A program made the position numbers and the translations under genes. Of a stretch of 64,000 nt of DNA, positions 14,720 through 27,374 are shown piece by piece (the first letter of the stretch is position 1; each line of letters starts with the position of its first letter). The notes under the pieces were generated by a model that saw nothing but the letters and a program-made list of their open reading frames with translations, did not search any database and was not told the DNA's origin. The stretch is from Chlorokybus atmophyticus. Lineage: Eukaryota; Plantae; Mesostigma and Chlorokybus algae. The stretch covers positions 1,764,017-1,828,016 of the forward strand of contig RHPI01003369.1 in NCBI GenBank assembly GCA_009103225.1, given 5' to 3'.

Positions 14720-15096
14720 TCACACACTCACTCACCCTGCGTTGCCGACGAAGCTGACAAAGTGCATGAATCCCCTTCCAGCGCTGGAGCTGTCGTCCTG
14801 CATGTCCGTTATCACACGGAAACCCCAGTCGTAGATGTCGTCCTTGTTGTGGGACAGCGTGATGAAAGCAGCCACTAGGCCCCCTATGATTGCAGCCGTC
14901 CCTGCAAAAAATAGTTAAGCATTGGCAAAACAATTACATGCTATGTCCATGTGCAATTACAGTTCCCCCTTGCCTGCTAAGTGGAAAGGAAGCCATAGCA
15001 GAGGCTTTCCATCCGCCCTGCCGCTCCAGTGCAAGCCATCCGGGTGCTCCTTGTCTGCCCACGGCCTGCTAGACCTGTACCTCCCCAGCCACCCCA
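12741..15096 (-). CDS. PAP2-superfamily membrane phosphatase, glucose-6-phosphatase-like, with extra C-terminal TM region
   Basis: Motifs R-x6-RP (RTLYTEPRP), PSGH and SRSYLGLHFPDQ; upstream exon DIYDWGFRVITDMQ...FMHFVSFVGN; putative first exon MGCWG splices in phase; hydrophobic final exon 12741-about 13380. Confidence 0.8.
14673..14717. repeat. (AG)n microsatellite in an intron
   Basis: Visible run of about 22 AG units. Confidence 0.95.
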
Positions 15097-16259
15097 TCGC
15101 CGCCGCCGCCGCCGCCAGTCACCCCCCAGACCTGACCTGGCTTAACCTGTAGTCAGCCCTTAGGCTGGCCTGGCCTGGCCTGCCGCCCCGACCTGGCCTG
15201 ACCTGGCCTGGGTCTAGGCCTGGACCTGGTCTGGTAGGCAACAGCAGGCGGCGCGTGCCGTATAGCACATCGGCACACGCTTGACTGCTAGTCACAGTGT
15301 ACTTGGCGTCACGGAAGTGAATCTCATCTGCGTCGTGCTTCAGCGATTAAGTGATGCGCTGTCTCTTGCGTCATGCGACTTGTGTGCTGTGGCTAAGCAG
15401 CTGCTGATGCATTCGTCAGCTTCTATGCATGTAGGGTAATCGGCCCTAATTTCGGTGGTAGGTAGTTTTTTTGTTGTTATCCTCCAGCTCAGGGCTGGGA
15501 TCGCGCCAGGATTTGGTAGGCTTGTAAAGGGCGCCTAGGCCGACCCTTGGCGCTTGGAACTGCGCGAATTGGGTCAGTACAGCGCTGCCTACATGATTTT
15601 GAATGAGTATAACATAGCGCCAATTTATGAAATCATCTGTTTGAAGTCTCTGTTTGCTGTAACTTTGTGTGTACTTGATATTTCTGCATGCGGTGTTTGG
15701 TATTGTGTTAGTTACTGCCTCATACAACTTCGATCAAAATTTCACACTGATTGAATTACATATGTAATTGTTAGGTTGCCACCCTTTTGGGGTGCTGCGT
15801 AAAGGTTTTGCCCATGCATGAGGGTGGTCTGCTATGCATTGCAGTGTTGTTTGGGGCGCTCCCGGGGTGTTGCAGAGTTGTTAGAGGTATGCTAGCAATG
15901 TGTTGAGGCATTCACAAGTGCTAGTGTTAGGTGTTGGCATAGGTGTTTGTGTGTATGAGGGTGGGTGTGAGGGTGGGCACACGGGCAAGCACACAAGGGA
16001 AGAGCAAGGAGGACTGCATTGCAAATGAGTTCACGGACACAAACAACCGTATCTATCATGCTTAGAACTACACTTAATGCTGGCTAGTGGTTAGGGCTTA
16101 GTAGGGCAGGAGTGAAGTCTCCCATAAGGGCTTTTGCTGTTGCTGCAGCTTTGCCCTTGTCATCCTTGCCCGTGTTGCATCCTCATGCTGCAGCCTTGCT
16201 CATGTTGCTGCCTTGCCTGCATGAGACGCGCAGCCTCATCCAAGCGTGTCACCAACAAG

Positions 16260-18540
16260 AGTGTGCATCTGTTGAAGAAGGCAAGGGCAAGTAAGCAAAA
16301 GAGGGACCCATACATCAGCAAGGTGCAGAGGAAGTGGATGTTACCAGAGGTGCTGGAAGCCCTCAAGGCAGTAGAGGCTGGCTGCATGTTGCTGGCCGAA
16401 GCAGCTCGTGAATGTGGGTTGTCACCTTCGACAATGGCAGGCTACAACAGTGCCCCTAGTCACCTGTCGGAGTATAAGTAAGTTGATGGCAAGTGAGCAT
16501 GCATGCATCATGTGCAGAATCTAAAGTGCTCTGCAGCGCTCATGTACTTGCTTGTTGGTAGGGGAGCTGGTAGACCCTGCGTGCTCACGAGTGCTGCTCA
16601 TGTGCAGAATCTAAAGTGCTCTGCAGCGCTCATGTACTTGCTTGTTGGTAGGGGAGCTGGTAGACCCTGCGTGCTCACGAGTGCTGAAGAGCAAGTGTTG
16701 GTGAATGTCTGACATACTCCAACAACATTGGACAAGCTATTACAGAGGCAGACCTGCGTGTGTATGTGGCCAAGCTGCTGCAAAATGATAAGAGGAGACA
16801 CAACTTCACATGTGGCATGCCAGGACGCAATGGGGCCAGAGCTTTTGGGAGCAGGCACAAACTCAGCAAGCGTATAGCAGAACCTGTGGATGCCTTAAGG
16901 AGGACCAGCTTTGAATGCTGATTCAAAGCTGGTCCTCCTTAAGCTGGATTGTTAAGGATTACTTTTAGAAGCTCAAGCAAGTGGTGGAGCATCAGGGCGG
17001 AGCGCATTGCTTCTTTCGACGAGGTGGGGATTTAACCGGAATCCTGCATAAAGAAAAGAAATGTTGTAGTTAAGAGGTGAGCATGCTTGTGTGAATGTAC
17101 AGCAAGATGCACAGTGACTTACATGTGTTGTGGCAGCATCTCCAAGTGGGCTCAGCTTGCCACAGCAAGGGGGAGACAACATATTACAGTCATGGCAGCA
17201 GTCATTGGTGCTGGTTATGCCATCCCTTGCTGTGCTTTACTAGCTAGTGCCCATGTATACAAAGAGTGGGCTGATGCATGGACGATACTTGGAGGGTCTC
17301 TGGCAGCCCAGGAGAACACCTGGATAACAATTGGGCTGTTTGAAACTTGGATAGACCACTTCGCACGCAACCTGCCAAGTGGTCTTAGTGTTGACAACCG
17401 TGCACTGCTCATGTGTGATGGGCATGTGAGCAGATACCACTTGAAGACAATAGACGAGTGCAAGTCCCTCTGCATGGAGGTGCTGGTCCTGCCACCTCAC
17501 ACAACTCACCGTTGGCAAGTGCTAGACGTAGTTTGCTATGCAAGCATGAAGGCAAGATACAAGAAAAAGCACGAAGCTTGGATTCATGCAAATCAGCACG
17601 TAAGGGGGATTACCTAACGAGGACTTCCTAAAGATGATTGTTCCTAGCCTACAAGCAGGAGTCAGCAGCAGCAACATCTTGTCAAGATTTAAAGCATGCG
17701 GTAAGAAAGCATGCATGCATGCTGTAACATTAACGTACAAACTGTTGCATGAACATGCATGCACCCTACGTTAAGACACTAACTTGTGCTTGCTGATGCA
17801 GGCATCAGCCCTTGGGATGCATGTGCAGTAGACAAGTATCTACCAAGAACCAAAGAAGGGGCCTTAATCACCATACTGGAAGCTATGGAAGGGGAGGGGG
17901 GAGCGACGCCCATGCATGCACAACTGGACACAGAACCTGCAGAAGAAGACACAGAAGTGCAAGACTCGCAGCAAGGTGCAACTGCCCCACCTAAGGAGGA
18001 AGGGTTGGAGTAAAGCCAAAGACTGCAGAGTGGTTAACAAGTGAAGATGTACGCAACCGACAAGCTGAAATTGAAGATAAAAAGCGAGAGAAGGCTGCAG
18101 CAAGACAGCACCGCAAGACAGCAAGGCAAGCAGAAAAGAGGCGCAAGGAAGCACTCGATGCACGACAGGCAGAGAATGTTGCAGCAAAGAGGTAGCAAGT
18201 TGATGCTAAACGAGCACAAGAATAAGAAGCCAAGGAGGCTAGAGCTGAGCGTGCAGCTGTCAAGGCGGCCAAGCAGCAGGCAGATGAAGAACACGCAAGA
18301 GCTGCGGCAGAAGGCAAACGCTTGAGCAAGAAAGGCGTCAGAGGACAAGGGACGAAGCGCTGATGGCCTACCACTCTTGGAATTCGGACAAGACAACCTG
18401 GAGGAGTAAGGAAGAAGAGCCCTTTAGCGAGGTGGCAGAAGACCGCATGGTCTAGCTCAACCGGTACCGCCGCCGCGCAGACTGCAAGGAGGCAGGAGAG
18501 CGCTGGCGAGCTCGCCGCCGCCTCCAGAACTTAAGCTAGC
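16260..18540 (+). mobile_element. Decayed pogo/Tigger-like (Tc1/mariner) DDE transposase; TIRs not found
   Basis: psq-type HTH (EALKAVEAG...AEAARECGLSPSTM), GRPCVLTSAEEQVLV, ERIASFDEVG, DDE_1 core (ITVMAAVIGAG...LLMCDGHVSR...VLPPHTTHRWQVLDVVCYASMK) and a K/R/E-rich tail; multiple stops and frameshifts. Confidence 0.85.
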
Positions 18541-19602
18541 CTAGCTACACTTGTACATGCAGCAATGCAATAGAACTTGCCTACTTGCTCTTTATGCATG
18601 CCATGCACACTGTTGCCCACCTCCTTGTCGATCGCCGCTCCTTGTCGATCGCCACTCCTACAAGCACAAGTCAATCACACCAGCGCCATAAACAGCAGCA
18701 TACCCAACAATACTCACAATGTAACAACTTACACACACATGCCGCCGCCGCCTAGCCTGGCCTAGCCTAGCCTGGCCGCCCTGAGATCAGAAGGGCAGTT
18801 AGATAACATGCGCTGCTGCGCACAACACAATGCTGCAGCATAGAGCATTGCTTACTTACTGTTGTCCGTTGCCACCGCCGCCACCGCCACCGCCACCGCC
18901 GCCGCCGCCGCCACTGCACAACCCAACGGTTTCACTTGCTTGAAGCCGTTGAGCGTTTGAACCTTGGCAACCCAAGTGATTCAAACGCGTTGTCACAATG
19001 GCACCATCGTACCATTAGTATGATACGATGGTGCTATTGTCATAGAGTTTTTGTACTTTTGGAATGGTACGTTAGTCGCCGCAATAGTGTAATATTTGTA
19101 CCATTATTACGCATTACTCGCCGGCAAAAAACCAAAAAGAGACGGGCGGTTACTTGCTGGTCATGTGGTAGGTTGCCGCCGCACCAACCGACGGCCGGCT
19201 GTCGGCCGGCACTTACCAAGATGCAAGCAGCATAATAGGGGACTGACGATAACTAGCTTGCCATAGTAGGCAAGCCGCCGCGCATTCGGTACGACGGGCA
19301 TGCTACGACCGGCGGCCGGCAGTCACTGTAAAGAACCGAAAGGTGACTTTCTGCTAAATTAGATAGGTCGCTACTGAGAAAAAAAAACAACTGGCGATCG
19401 GCCGTCACTTGAAGATGCGGTGACGTCGACGTGCTCATCACATGCAAGCTTTTGTTGCGTGTAATGATCGGCCAACCGCTGACCGTCATTGCATGGTGCT
19501 AAATAGCACCAGCCGTCCTGTAAGTCCCTTCATGGACCAATCCGTTAGGTCTGGCTAGGCAGGGTCACGTACCCGTTCGTCCCTCAGTTCCAGCACCGTC
19601 AC

Positions 19603-19948
19603 TGTAAGGAGAGGGGGTGCTCCCTCCTCCCTTTAATCCCCTACCCCTACACCACCATTAGCCACGACGCCCACGACGCCCACGCCGCCGCCGCCAGGGG
19701 GAACTGCCGAAGCATAATATCCCCTGCCTATGGCGGTCGCTGCGTTAGCAGCGCCGCCATGCGGCTGAAATCGACATGAGACTCATGTCTCATGTCGATA
19801 TCAGTGTTACAGATAAGTAACACTACATAAGGGCCTTAACATAAGTTAACGGCCCTAATATGGCTTAATAGGCTGTATAATCCCGTTGGGACCCTTATTT
19901 AATCCTAAATAAGGGCGGGGAACCTTCATGGAGTAGCACACCGTTACA
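19603..19948 (-). repeat. 3' LTR of the chromovirus (346 bp)
   Basis: Direct repeat of 24257-24594, with the PPT immediately upstream on the minus strand. Confidence 0.97.
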
Positions 19949-20069
19949 TTCCCCCCCACTTAGGTTTCAATGTTCTCATTGAAGGGTTAGCAAAGCCCCA
20001 CCACGAGTAAAGAAACGAAAGTAATAAGAGAATCAGGGCCGAAGCGGTATAGATGTCTGCCAGCATCCT

Positions 20070-21905
<1,836 letters not shown>

Positions 21906-23400
21906 CTATTCAACCTTCTTGGCCTTGCCCTTCCCCTTGGTTGGGCAGTTCTTTGCGATGTGGCCAGGTTGATGACAGACATAACAGGTGCGAGCCGCAG
22001 CAGGCATGCTACCACCAGTAGGTGCGCCACTGGTAGAAGCACCAAATGTCTTCGCCTTCTTTGCCAGGTGTGCACTCGGATGAGCGAAACGCTTTCCTCC
22101 CACCCCCCGCGGCTTGGCCGAAACTGCCACATGTGACTTGTCCTGCACCGTCGTGTCATCATTGTACAGGTACACGCTCAACTTCTGCAGCTTAGCCAAG
22201 TCCTCTGGAACCCAAGGAAGTCCCGTTGCCGTGTTGTACTGCAGCGGATCACGCATACGCGCATCCAAGCCGCGCTTGTACAACTTAAACTGCTCGGGCT
22301 TGTCCATGGGCATGAGGCCGCTGTTCGCACGACCCACCAATGCCTGAAAATCCTGTAGATAGGTTGAGGCCGCCCGACCATTTTGGCGCAACTTGCTGAG
22401 CTTGTTGCGAGCCTGAGTAGCCGAGTCCATGCCACCATAGCGTTCCATCAGGAACTGGAAAAGTGCCTCCACTGTCTTGGCAGCACCATCTTCTGTCTGC
22501 CTCGCCCATTGGACGAGAGCATCAGATGGCATGAGCAACTCAGCAACAGCAATGTGCTCATTAACCGGGCGCTTGAGTGCTGTCAAGTAGTGCTCGACAG
22601 TGACCACCCAATCATGAATGCTGACGCTGACGCTAGGCTTGAACTTCTTAGGCTTGTTCTAAGCTGTCACCGGCAAACCTGCTGATGCCCCAGCTGCCGA
22701 AGTAGCACCTGCCACCTGTTGGCGCAGCGCCACCAACTCAGCCTGCATGGCATCGAGGCGTGCCGTCAACTGCACTCGGCCAGTCAACTTGTCTTCCAAG
22801 TTAAGTCCCAAGTACCAGAACACATCCTTGCAATGCTGTGAGGTTTCCACTCCCAAGTTGGCCAAAGCCTCAAACGCCATTCGCTTGCCTTGGTAAGGGA
22901 GAGGCTTATCATATACGGCCATGATAGCTGCCACCTTTGGATCACCTCGCACGAGTGGCGGGATGTTGTTTGTCAGCTCATGTTCGAGCATGCGGATCAC
23001 CATCTCCTTGCTTGCACGAGGGAGTGTGGCAAAGTCTGTCTCATGGCCATCACGAACCGTCTGCGCCCATGCTTCCCACGTTGCCTAACGAAGCCGAGGG
23101 TGGGCAGAGCTTTACGCTCTTCTGCATACTTCTCAATGGCCCCGCCAATGACACTGTGAGTGTCCACTGCAGCTGGTGCACAATGAGTGTCCACTGGTGC
23201 ACTCTGAGAAGACTGGTTGGGAGAAGCTTCGCTGTCTTGCTTAGCTCCTTCCTTCTCACTGTCAGTAAGCTTATGGCTTTCACTCGTATCAGAGTAGTTC
23301 ACTTCCTCTTCACTCGATGGCTCATATGATGTGGACTTCTCCACATCATCCCCTCCTTGGTCAGACATCTGCCCAAGAATACAAGCCGTCAACAGTAGAA
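21906..23400 (-). pseudogene. Chromovirus gag, interrupted by a frameshift near 23000 and a TAG at 22659
   Basis: Three ORF pieces; retrotransposon-gag-like core (QARNKLSKLRQ...YLQDFQAL...FKLYKRGL) and zinc knuckle CYVCHQPGHIAKNC. Confidence 0.9.
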
Positions 23401-24069
23401 GTGTGTAAGTGCACAAAACACCCAAGTTGTGCACTGTAAAAGTGTCAAAATCTATAGATTAGATTTCGTCAAGTTTCAAGTGCTTAACGTGGAGTATTCA
23501 ACTCAAACAAGAGCTCTCCACACACCTTTCAACTAGACACTCAAGTTGAAACAAACCGTATGCGAATCCACGCGGCGGTTCACAAGTTACAGCTTGTCAA
23601 AACTTGCACTTTGTACAACTCAGCTCAACCCACAATTGTAATTGACACACAGGGTGCCAAAATCTCGTTGAATCAACCCTACAGGCTGATATTAACGAAT
23701 TGCGAGTTGTGAGTTTGATATCGGCCGCACAGAGTGACTCTGGCGGCCTCACCGCACTGACTGGCGGTAACGGCAGCCGATGTTGCCACCGGACTGCCTC
23801 ACAAGGGTTGGTTTTGTGAAAACTATTTCACACCCTTTACACCACCACGAATCCACGTGGTGGCAAGTCACAACACAAGCATAAGCACAGTATGTTATGA
23901 CAATAATGTGATTACAAGTGATGTGCTGGGCATGCAATGCTTGGGGGGGGCTGCCTAAGTGGCCGCCTCCCCTTTACGCAAGCTAACAAGCCTGGCTAGG
24001 CAGGGCAGGGCAAGGCAAGCAAAACTAGGCTAAGCTAGGCTAAGCACCAGCAGCAATTATAACTACTAT

Positions 24070-24101
<32 letters not shown>

Positions 24102-24243
24102 CTAGCTAACAACTACTACTACCCACCCTAGTGGGTAGCGGCTGCTAGTTGCCGCCGCCTGCCGCCGCTGGTTAGTGCTGTCGCCTGCCGCCGCAGTCGC
24201 TGCCGCCTGCCGCCGCCCCTCCCACAAGCCCCTCGCCGCCCGC

Positions 24244-24256
24244 GCTCCGATACCAA
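24244..24256 (-). promoter_or_regulatory. Primer-binding site complementary to the tRNA-iMet 3' end
   Basis: TGGTATCGGAGC lies one base from the LTR end; the canonical plant iMet PBS is TGGTATCAGAGC. Confidence 0.9.
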
Positions 24257-24594
24257 TGTAAGGAGAGGGGGTGCTCCCTCCTCCCTTTAATCCCCTACCC
24301 CAACACCACCACCAGCCACCACGCCCACGACGCCGCCGCCAGGGGGAACTGCCGAAGCAGAAGATCCCCTGGCTATGGCGGTCGCTGCGTTAGCAGCGCC
24401 GCCATGCGGCTGATATCGACATGAGACTCATGTCTCATGTCGATATCAGTGTTACAGATAAGTAACACTACATTAGGGCCTTAACATAAGTTAACGGCCC
24501 TAATATGGCTTAATAGGCTGTATAATCCCGTTGGGACCCTTATCTAATCCTAAATAAGGGCGGGGAACCTCTATAGAGGTAGCACACCGTTACA
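24257..24594 (-). repeat. 5' LTR of the chromovirus (338 bp)
   Basis: Followed on the minus strand by the PBS TTGGTATCGGAGC (24244-24256). Confidence 0.97.
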
Positions 24595-25565
24595 GTCACC
24601 TTGTAGAATCTGCGACGGTCTCATGTGGAATGCGAATGGAAGACGTCGTCTTCAGCAAGGTTAAAGGCGTGTTGCATGATTGAGAGGACAATTTTTTTAG
24701 AATGGCTAGGGCTGACTTAGCGAGAAGCCGTTATTAGTGGCTTGTGCACAGTGTGAATGTAAATGTACACATGATAAATGTCGCATGATGAATGTATTTA
24801 TTAAAGTATTATATAATCAGATTGTAAAACGCGTATCCCCATGCAACTATAGTATAAGTAATATGTGGCTCCTCACATGGCAGCGACTACTACTGCAATA
24901 GCTAATTGGTTAAAGCGCCGATCATTGTTGCCAGGGTTACAACCAACGTGAGGACCCAATGCCGTCGTTGTTACACAATGCGAGTATGAATGCAACAGCT
25001 TTAAAACTATAATTCATCATCATATATATGTGTATATTTATGGTTTTGTAACTATGTAGTGCGTTGCAAGCAAGAAACAAGTCGAGTAATAAACATGATA
25101 TTGAGTGACCCTGCTTCTTGCAAATGACAAACTGGAAACTTCAACGTGTGCAAGTGCATGCAATGGGCATGCTTGCATGAGCTACTGACATGCCGGTCTA
25201 TCGGCATGCACAAATAACTTGCGACAGTATTGCGCAAAGCACATTCCGAGATGTGGTTGTGCTATATAAGGCTATTTAGCAATCAACGAGCACACAAATC
25301 AAGAGAGGAACATTACCTACTTTTTAGTGGATGCGTTCAACACTCACAGTAACCGTGACCGTTGAAACATATAACTCAAAGAGATCACCTTATTGTGCAT
25401 CAGACTGACTAATAATGCAGTTACAATCATAATTTAACTGTGATGGTTTTTATACACAGTTCACGAAGATCATGTGCATAGCTGCATTAATAGGTGTGGA
25501 TTGTCACAATTGGAGTAGTTAGTTAGATGTGTCCAACAGTCATTACGGTAACAGTCGATACTGGC

Positions 25566-26096
25566 TGTAACGGGAAGGTACATTGGATTACCACAAATTG
25601 ACCATAAAAGCATCAAGTCTTTTGTGGTCGAGTGGGCTGTAATATTGGTCATCGGAGCTTGAGACCTGGGTTCGATTCCTGCCCTGCACACGAATTCCGC
25701 GGTCGTTGTTTCTCGATCCAATAACATCGTAAATGGTCACTTCATAAGTGCCATCATCGATAGGTCGCGACTTGCCTAATGGCAGTTGCGTCGGACTGAC
25801 CAGTTTAGTCGGCGCGGCAGGACGCGACCTGCCTGTCGCGATGCGACCTGTGGGGCCGGCAGCGGTGCGCTATGCGCGCGTTGACCGGTATGGGCTTAAA
25901 TTGGCTGGTCCTTGGGTGGTGGGGCCGGTGACCGACCCTAAATCATACCCCTGGGAAGATTCCCCAGCTAATGGGCGCCAGCTGCCGAGGACGTCAGCGT
26001 TCTTAAGTGGGGGGGAATGTAACGGGAAGGTACATTGATTTACCACAAATCGACCATAAAACCACCAAGTCTTTTGTGGTCGAGTGGGCTGTGACA
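25566..26096 (+). mobile_element. TRIM (531 bp, 79-bp LTRs)
   Basis: LTRs at 25566-25644 and 26018-26096; PBS-like TTGGTCATCGGAGC; PPT AAGTGGGGGGGAA; TSD CTGGC on both sides; no recognisable coding capacity. Confidence 0.95.
25625..25679 (+). promoter_or_regulatory. tRNA-type Pol III promoter (box A and box B) in the TRIM; second copy at 26943-26995
   Basis: Box A TGGTCGAGTGG and box B GGTTCGATTCC are 33 nt apart (31 nt in the second copy), both exactly conserved in the two copies. Confidence 0.7.
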
Positions 26097-26557
26097 CTGG
26101 CATAGCGTAGCACTGAACGGTTCACAATTCACATTCAACTTTATCATGTACTATTTAACTATGCCGTGTTGCATAAACAGATGCAGAGGAGTGGTTTTGC
26201 AAGTTTAAAGACGTCTTCTTAAAAGCCGTCGTGCTATCAATTGCGTTCATTATCGCGTTCGTACGGCATTAATTTGCAAAAAAAGGCGTTGCCTCGTACG
26301 TGATTCTATCTTGCATGCGATAACTATATAAAGACATCTGAAATGTCATGCACTAATGGTACAATGACTGGACACAATTCATCACGCAATCTCATTATGT
26401 GGTTTTTATACTATTGAGTTAATCTTTTTTAATTGCATTGCTACCACGCACAACACATCGACTCAGATATTGCTATCCGTGACCTTTAACGGCGGTAAAC
26501 GCAAAGTGTTGTGGATGCTGTTTTAACAAGGGGTAATCTGTGCTATAGTATACCTTG

Positions 26558-27374
26558 TGTAATAGGAATGTACATTATATAACCACAACTCGACCATAAA
26601 AGCACCAAGTCTTTTATGGTCGAATGGAACGCTGACGTCCTTAGCAGCTAGCTCCCATCAGCTGGGGAATCATCCCAGGGGTTTGGTAAGGTCGGCCACC
26701 GGTCACAGCGGCAAGGACCGGCTAAATTGGGCTCATACCGGTCAACGCACGCATAGCGCGCCGCTGCCGGCCCCACATGGGGCATCGCGACAGGCAGGTC
26801 GCGTCTTGCCGCGCCGACTGAACGCCGGCTGCCGTTAGGCAAGTCGCGACCCATCGATGATGGCACTTATGACCATTTACGATGTTACTGGATCGAGAAA
26901 CAACGACCGCGGAATTCGTGTAAAAGTACCGGAAGTCTTTTATGGTCGAGTGGGCTGTGACATTGGTATCGGAGCTTGAAACCCGGTTCGATTCCTACCT
27001 TGCACACGGATTCCGTGGACGTTGTTTCTTGATCCAGTAACATCGTAAATGGTCATAAGTGCCATTATCAATAGGTCGCGACTTGCCTAACGGCAGTCGC
27101 GCCGGCGTTCAGTCGGCGCGGTAGGACGCGACCTGCCTGTCGCGATGCCCCCGTCGTGGGGCCGGCAGCGGCGCGCTATGCGCGCGTTGACCGGTATGAG
27201 CCTAATTTAGCCGGTCCTTGCCGCTGGGGCCGGTGGCCGACCCAAGCAAACCCTTGGGATGATTCCCCAGCTGATGGGAGCCAGCTGCCGAGGACGTTAG
27301 CGTTTCACTCGTCCATAAAAGACTTGGTGTTTTTATGGTCGATTTGTGGTTATATAATGTACCTTCCCGTTACA
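26558..27374. mobile_element. Fold-back (inverted-repeat) derivative of the TRIM with a 5-bp TSD
   Basis: Arms 26558-26921 and 27004-27374 are reverse complements (about 90% by eye); both ends are LTR U3 ends (TGTAA...TTACA); TSD CCTTG on both sides; the loop carries LTR 3' part plus PBS. Confidence 0.93.

Noticed and set aside
15432-15460. Candidate pogo left TIR (tagggtaatcggccctaatttcgg)
   Set aside because: No reverse-complement partner found downstream by eye.
25610-25690. Possible functional tRNA gene
   Set aside because: A and B boxes are present but acceptor, anticodon and T stems do not pair convincingly, and the sequence is embedded in a TRIM.
25566-27374. CRISPR-like or satellite array
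   Set aside because: The repeats are LTRs and inverted arms with PBS, PPT and TSDs, not regularly spaced repeats with spacers.
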